From: an uncultured delta proteobacterium
GTDB taxonomy: Bacteria > Desulfobacterota > Binatia > JACPRU01
Length of the DNA: 64,000 bases
Direction: 5' to 3'
Assembly: GCA_963745025.1 (NCBI GenBank)
Contig: CAVUWD010000019.1
Location: 32,001 to 96,000 of the forward strand
The translations under genes were made by a program, and so were the position numbers. The notes below the pieces were generated by a model. That model made no database searches and was not told where the DNA came from. It saw only the letters and a list, made by a program, of their open reading frames with translations. Below are positions 59,307 through 64,000 of the stretch, piece after piece. The first letter of the stretch is position 1, and each line of letters begins with the position of its first letter.

Positions 59307-59585
59307 TTAGCGTTGCGGCGGCTTCTGTTCTTGAGAGTCGTCCGGCGTGACGCTCTTGCCGATCGCCCGACCCGTGTCCTTTCCTGCTTCACCGAAGTCT
59401 CGACCGACCTGCTTCCACTCCTCCCCGCGATTGGTGGCGTCGGGATTGACCGACTCACCGAGGGCGCGCGCCGTCTGCTTGCCGCTTTCGCCCCAGGAGT
59501 GGCCGCTCTTGCGCCAGGCCTGCCTCTGGCTCGACGTGCAGGCGATGAGCCCGACGACCGAGAAGATCCAGATAGTCTTTCTCAT
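59307..59585 (-). CDS. Small hypothetical lipoprotein
   Basis: MRKTIWIFSVVGLIAC lipobox and an internal repeat. Confidence 0.6.
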   Translation of the reverse strand: MRKTIWIFSVVGLIACTSSQRQAWRKSGHSWGESGKQTARALGESVNPDATNRGEEWKQVGRDFGEAGKDTGRAIGKSVTPDDSQEQKPPQR

Positions 59586-59690
59586 GGGTGACAGCCTAGC
59601 GTCGTCCTTCGTTGGCTGGAAGAGCCGAAAGCCGCTCGGTTGCTTGATCGACAAAGTTGTCGCTTTGCTTTACTTACAATCAAGCGCCCG

Positions 59691-60440
59691 ATGATTTTGG
59701 TCTCGAATGACGACGGCATCCATTCCGAAGGGTTGCGGGCGCTCCGGGATGCTCTGGCTTCGCTCGACGAGGTGGTGGTGGTGGCGCCGGATCGCGAGCG
59801 GAGCGCTGTCAGCCACTCGCTGACGCTCCACCGGCCGCTCCGCGTCGAAGAGCTCCGCCCGGGCTGGCATGCCGTCAATGGAACGCCCACGGACTGCGTG
59901 CTGCTCGGCGTGAACGCCCTTTTGCCGGTGCGGCCGCGACTGATCGTCTCGGGTATCAACCGCGGCGCGAACCTCGGCGACGATCTTCACTACTCCGGGA
60001 CGGTATCCGCAGCCATGGAAGGGATGCTGCTCGGCATCCCCTCCATCGCCGTCTCGCTCGCGGCGCGAAAGGATTTCCGCTACGGTCCCGCCGCTCACTT
60101 CGCCGAGCGGCTCGCGGCCTACGTGCTCGCCAAGGGCCTGCCGGAAAACACCCTGCTGAACGTCAACGTGCCGGAGACGGAAGAGGGTCAATCGCCGCGC
60201 GGGTTTCTCCTCGCTCGCCATGGAAGACGCCGCTACAGCGACACGATCGCCGAGAAGGTCGATCCCCGAGGACGCAAGTACTATTGGATCGGCGGTGACG
60301 AGGTCGAAAGTCCAGCCGACGAAGGTACCGATTTCGCGGCGATCGCGGCCGGCATGATCTCCGTCACGCCGATCCATCTCGATCTCACCAACCACGCCTG
60401 CTGGGAGCAGCTTTCGGAAATGGAGCTGGAGTGGCCCTGA
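59691..60440 (+). CDS. surE: 5'/3'-nucleotidase SurE
   Basis: [33 protein letters not shown]. Confidence 0.95.
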   Translation: MILVSNDDGIHSEGLRALRDALASLDEVVVVAPDRERSAVSHSLTLHRPLRVEELRPGWHAVNGTPTDCVLLGVNALLPVRPRLIVSGINRGANLGDDLHYSGTVSAAMEGMLLGIPSIAVSLAARKDFRYGPAAHFAERLAAYVLAKGLPENTLLNVNVPETEEGQSPRGFLLARHGRRRYSDTIAEKVDPRGRKYYWIGGDEVESPADEGTDFAAIAAGMISVTPIHLDLTNHACWEQLSEMELEWP

Positions 60441-61078
60441 ATTACGAAGGCGCGCGGCAGAAGATGCTCGAGTCGCAAATTCGTGCGCGAGACGTGCGCG
60501 ACCCGAGGGTGCTCGAGGCCATCCGCAAGGTGCCGCGCCACCTGTTCGTCGAGGAGGCGCTGCGCGACCGCGCTTATTTCGACAAGGCGCTGCCGATCGG
60601 CGAAAAACAGACGATCTCGCAACCCTACATGGTCGCGGCGATGAGCGAGGCGCTCGAGCTCCAGGGTCGCGATCGGGTGCTCGAGATTGGCACCGGCTCG
60701 GGTTACCAAACCGCGGTGCTCGCCGAGCTCGCCGAGAGCGTGTTTTCGGTCGAGCGCATCGCCAGCTTCGTTCCTCTCGCGCGACGGCGGCTCGAATCGC
60801 TCGGTTACTACAACGTGCTGATCAAGATCGGAGATGGAACGATTGGATGGTCCGAGCATGCGCCGTATGATGCGATCCTGGTGACCGCCGCCGCGCCTCA
60901 AGTGCCGCGGCCGCTGCTAGATCAGCTGAAGCTCGGCGGGCGTCTGGTGGTGCCCTTGGGTCCCGAGGACGCCCAGATGCTGGTGCGCATTCGCAGCGAC
61001 GAGGAGGGCTTTCACGAAGAGGCGCTCGGCGAGTGTCGCTTCGTGAAGCTAATCGGCCGGCATGGCTGGGCGGGGTGA
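60431..61078 (+). CDS. pcm: Protein-L-isoaspartate O-methyltransferase
   Basis: [33 protein letters not shown]. Confidence 0.95.
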   Translation: MALNYEGARQKMLESQIRARDVRDPRVLEAIRKVPRHLFVEEALRDRAYFDKALPIGEKQTISQPYMVAAMSEALELQGRDRVLEIGTGSGYQTAVLAELAESVFSVERIASFVPLARRRLESLGYYNVLIKIGDGTIGWSEHAPYDAILVTAAAPQVPRPLLDQLKLGGRLVVPLGPEDAQMLVRIRSDEEGFHEEALGECRFVKLIGRHGWAG

Positions 61079-61796
61079 GGGCGGCGGTGACGTCGGAACT
61101 CTTCGAGCCGTTCTCGCCGTTTCGCTCGCGTTCGGCATCGCCGCCTGCGCCACGGTCGGCCGTGGGCGCGGCCTCTACCACGTCGTCGGCCGCGGCGAGA
61201 ACCTCTTTCGCATCGGCAAGGCCTACGGCCTCGACTACCGCGAGCTCGCCCGCGAGAACGGCATCGATGATCCTGCGCAGATCGAGGTCGGTCAGAGGAT
61301 CTTCGTCCCCGGTGCCACGCGGCGGCTGCCCGTCGAGATCATCGCGCCGCTTTCCGCCTCGGAACGACCGCTCGAGGCGCACGAGATCCCTACGGGGAAG
61401 CGGCGCTTCCTGTGGCCGATGCGCGTCGGCACGCTCACGTCCGGTTTCGGTCCCCGGAGTGGCAGCTTCCACGACGGCCTCGACATCGCTGCACCCGAAG
61501 GTACGCCCGTCTATGCCGCTCGTGACGGGCACGTCATTTACAGCGATCAGATCCCTGGATATGGAAACATCGTGATCGTGGGGCATGCTGACGGATTGTC
61601 GACCGTCTACGCGCACAATTCGCGGAACGAAGTTACGCAAGGCGACTTCGTGCGCCAGGGCGAGGAAGTATCGCAAGTGGGGCGGACCGGGCGCACAACC
61701 GCCCCGAATCTCCACTTCGAGATCCGCAGTCAGAATATCGCGCGAAACCCCCTTTTCTACTTGCCGCCCTGGCCCGGCTCGCAGGAGGGCCCTTGA
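61062..61796 (+). CDS. LysM/M23 peptidase lipoprotein (NlpD-like)
   Basis: Lipobox, LysM, HDGLDI, VYAHN, LHFEIR. Standard surE-pcm context. Start uncertain. Confidence 0.9.
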   Translation: MAGRGEGGGDVGTLRAVLAVSLAFGIAACATVGRGRGLYHVVGRGENLFRIGKAYGLDYRELARENGIDDPAQIEVGQRIFVPGATRRLPVEIIAPLSASERPLEAHEIPTGKRRFLWPMRVGTLTSGFGPRSGSFHDGLDIAAPEGTPVYAARDGHVIYSDQIPGYGNIVIVGHADGLSTVYAHNSRNEVTQGDFVRQGEEVSQVGRTGRTTAPNLHFEIRSQNIARNPLFYLPPWPGSQEGP

Positions 61797-62305
61797 GAGA
61801 CCTTAAAGCGGTCATCCGCGACATCCCCGACTTCCCGAAGCCGGGAATCCTATTCCGTGACATCACGCCGCTCTTGCTCGACGCGGCGGTCTTTCGTGAG
61901 ACGGTGGAGCAGATCTGCCTTCCGTTCCTGAATCGGGTCGACGTCGTCGTGGGCGTCGAGTCGCGAGGCTTCATCGTCGGCGCGGCCGTGGCCTACCATC
62001 TGGGAACGGGCCTCGCCCTCGTGCGCAAGCCGGGCAAGCTGCCGGCCGCTACGTTCGAAGCTCGCTACGACCTCGAATACGGTAGCGACGGCCTGCAGAT
62101 TCACCAAGACGCGTTTCACCATGGAAGTCGCGTGCTGATCGTCGACGACCTGCTGGCGACGGGGGGAACGGCGTGCGCCACGGTCGAGCTGGTGCGGCGG
62201 ACCGGCGGCGAGGTGGTCGGCTGCGCCTTCGTCATCGAGCTCGCCGAGCTCGGCGGTCGCAAGCGCCTGGGACCGATGGAGATACATTCGTTGGCGAAAT
62301 ACTAA
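61793..62305 (+). CDS. apt: Adenine phosphoribosyltransferase
   Basis: [37 protein letters not shown]. Confidence 0.95.
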   Translation: MRDLKAVIRDIPDFPKPGILFRDITPLLLDAAVFRETVEQICLPFLNRVDVVVGVESRGFIVGAAVAYHLGTGLALVRKPGKLPAATFEARYDLEYGSDGLQIHQDAFHHGSRVLIVDDLLATGGTACATVELVRRTGGEVVGCAFVIELAELGGRKRLGPMEIHSLAKY

Positions 62306-62307
62306 GA

Positions 62308-62385
62308 GGCTTCCGGCTTCCCGCTACCGGCAAAGACATCGATCTCTCTTGCGGTAGCCGGTAGCCGGAAGCTGGTAGCCGGAAG
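62308..62385. repeat. Heptamer-arm hairpin element
   Basis: GGCTTCC GGCTTCC CGCTACC GGCAAAGAC...GGTAGCC GGTAGCC GGAAGCT. Confidence 0.85.
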
Positions 62386-62394
62386 GAGCCTTTC

Positions 62395-63789
62395 ATGTCC
62401 AACTTCCGTATCGAACGCGACAGCATGGGCGAGATGCAAGTTCCGGCGGACGCGTATTACGCGGCGCAAACGGCGCGCGCCGTGGAGAATTTTCCGATCT
62501 CGAAGCTCCGCTTTGGCCGCCCGTTCATTCGTGCGCTGGCGCTGATCAAGCTCGCCGCGGCGAAGGCGAACGCGGAGCTCGGTCTGCTCCCCGACACCAA
62601 GGCGAAGGCGATCCTCGCGGCCGCGCAGGAGGTGGCCGACGGAAAGTTCGACGACCAGTTCGTGGTCGACGTTTTCCAGACGGGATCGGGCACCTCGACG
62701 AACATGAACATGAACGAGGTGATCGCCACACGCGCGATCGAGATCCTCGGCGGCAAGCGCGGGGACAAGTCGGTACATCCGAACGACGACGTCAACATGG
62801 GGCAGTCCACCAACGACGTCTTCCCGACCGCGATTCACGTCGCCGCGCTAGAGGCGGTCGAACGGCAACTCTTACCAGCCCTGCGAGCGCTCGCGGAAGC
62901 GTTCGAGAGCAAAGCAAGCGAGTTCGCCGACGTCGTCAAGGCGGGTCGCACCCATCTGCAGGACGCCGTTCCCATCACGCTCGGCCAGGAGTTCTCGGGC
63001 TATGCGAGCGTCGTTCGCCACGGCGTTCGCCGGGTGGAGAATTGCCGGCCGCACCTCGCCGAGCTGCCGCTCGGTGGCACCGCGCTCGGCACAGGCATCA
63101 ACGCCGACCCGCGGTTTGCGCCGCACGCGATCCAGGAGCTCAATCGTTTGACGCATCTCGACTTCCGGCGCGCGGAGAACGCCTTCGAGGCGATGCAGAA
63201 CCGCGATGCGGCGGTCGAGCTTTCCGGCGCCCTACGAACGATCGCGGTCGGACTCATGAAGATCGCCAACGACCTTCGCTTGCTGACGTCTGGCTCGCGC
63301 ACGGGTCTCAACGAGATCGAGTTGCCGGCGACCCAGCCGGGCTCGAGCATCATGCCGGGAAAGGTCAATCCGGTGATTGCCGAGGCCGTCAACATGGTGG
63401 CGGCTCAGATCATCGGCTACGATGCAGCGATTGCCGTCGCGGCCATGAACGGGAACCTGGATCTCAACGTGATGATGCCGGTGATCGCCCACGACCTCCT
63501 CGAATCAATCGAGCTCGCTGGCTCGGCTTGCCGCGTGTTCGCCGAAAAATGCGTGCGTGGGATCAAGGCCAACGTAGAGCGCTGCGGGGAATACGCCGAG
63601 CTCACCGGTCAACTGGTGACCGCGGTGGCTCCGATCATCGGCTACGACAAGGCGGCCGCCGTCTACAAGAAAGCCGTCGCCCGCAATACGTCGATCCGCC
63701 AGGTGATCCTCGAGGAGAAGCTGATATCGCCCGAGAAGCTCGACGAGATCCTGAACTTGAAGAAGCTCACTCAGGGCGGCCGGGCCTGA
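62395..63789 (+). CDS. fumC: Class II fumarate hydratase
   Basis: [39 protein letters not shown]. Confidence 0.92.
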   Translation: MSNFRIERDSMGEMQVPADAYYAAQTARAVENFPISKLRFGRPFIRALALIKLAAAKANAELGLLPDTKAKAILAAAQEVADGKFDDQFVVDVFQTGSGTSTNMNMNEVIATRAIEILGGKRGDKSVHPNDDVNMGQSTNDVFPTAIHVAALEAVERQLLPALRALAEAFESKASEFADVVKAGRTHLQDAVPITLGQEFSGYASVVRHGVRRVENCRPHLAELPLGGTALGTGINADPRFAPHAIQELNRLTHLDFRRAENAFEAMQNRDAAVELSGALRTIAVGLMKIANDLRLLTSGSRTGLNEIELPATQPGSSIMPGKVNPVIAEAVNMVAAQIIGYDAAIAVAAMNGNLDLNVMMPVIAHDLLESIELAGSACRVFAEKCVRGIKANVERCGEYAELTGQLVTAVAPIIGYDKAAAVYKKAVARNTSIRQVILEEKLISPEKLDEILNLKKLTQGGRA

Positions 63790-64000
63790 AACCCGCCGGG
63801 GTGCAATAGAGCTTGATGCCCAGTCTGCTTTCCCGCAAGTTCGGAGCCCATCGGACTCGTGTTCGGAATGGTGGGTCGGGCTTCCACCACGGTCTGTTCC
63901 TTCTGAAGATGCGGATTCACCGCAAGCCACACAGCACGCCGGTCGTCGAGGAAGAAAAGCCCCCAACCGCGCCTGCCCCAGCCGCGGCGCCTGAGAGTAG

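Noticed and set aside
63790-64000. Possible ncRNA or gene end after fumC
   Set aside because: No recognisable motif, and the region is cut by the window edge.

Overview
High-GC bacterial chromosomal window. Gene content (F420-type LLM oxidoreductase, zinc-ribbon/adenylate-cyclase paralogs, Gly-Gly-Cys-tailed matrixin) suggests a Deltaproteobacteria/Binatota-like soil organism; this is inference. The backbone is housekeeping: rlmN-mtnP-pfkB-GT2, an exopolysaccharide block (2 GT4, wcaJ-like, ugd, two SDR epimerases), lepA-lepB, a PyrR-attenuated pyrR-pyrB-pyrC-carA-carB-recG operon, alaC-hom-glpX, crotonase plus a B12 acyl-CoA mutase, metF, and surE-pcm-nlpD-apt-fumC. There are two accessory regions. 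(1) A ~5 kb cassette-like patch (about 4.99-10.0 kb) is bracketed by a diverged duplication of a convergent gene junction and punctuated by three same-orientation ~72-nt hairpins whose arms co-vary. It lies next to a hypothetical protein with primase (AEP)-like motifs. (2) A 10.65 kb decayed integrative element sits in the glpX 3' end (19-bp direct repeat), with a deleted integrase and an excisionase split by an IS66 (19-bp IR, 8-bp TSD). Also present: at least seven heptamer-arm hairpins sharing a GGCAAAGAC-like core, four tandem copies of the lepA 3' end, and a nested palindrome between carA and carB. Dense frameshifts in core genes at 14.8-19.4 and 23.6-32.8 kb are most likely sequencing/assembly indels. 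No rRNA, tRNA or CRISPR array was recognised.
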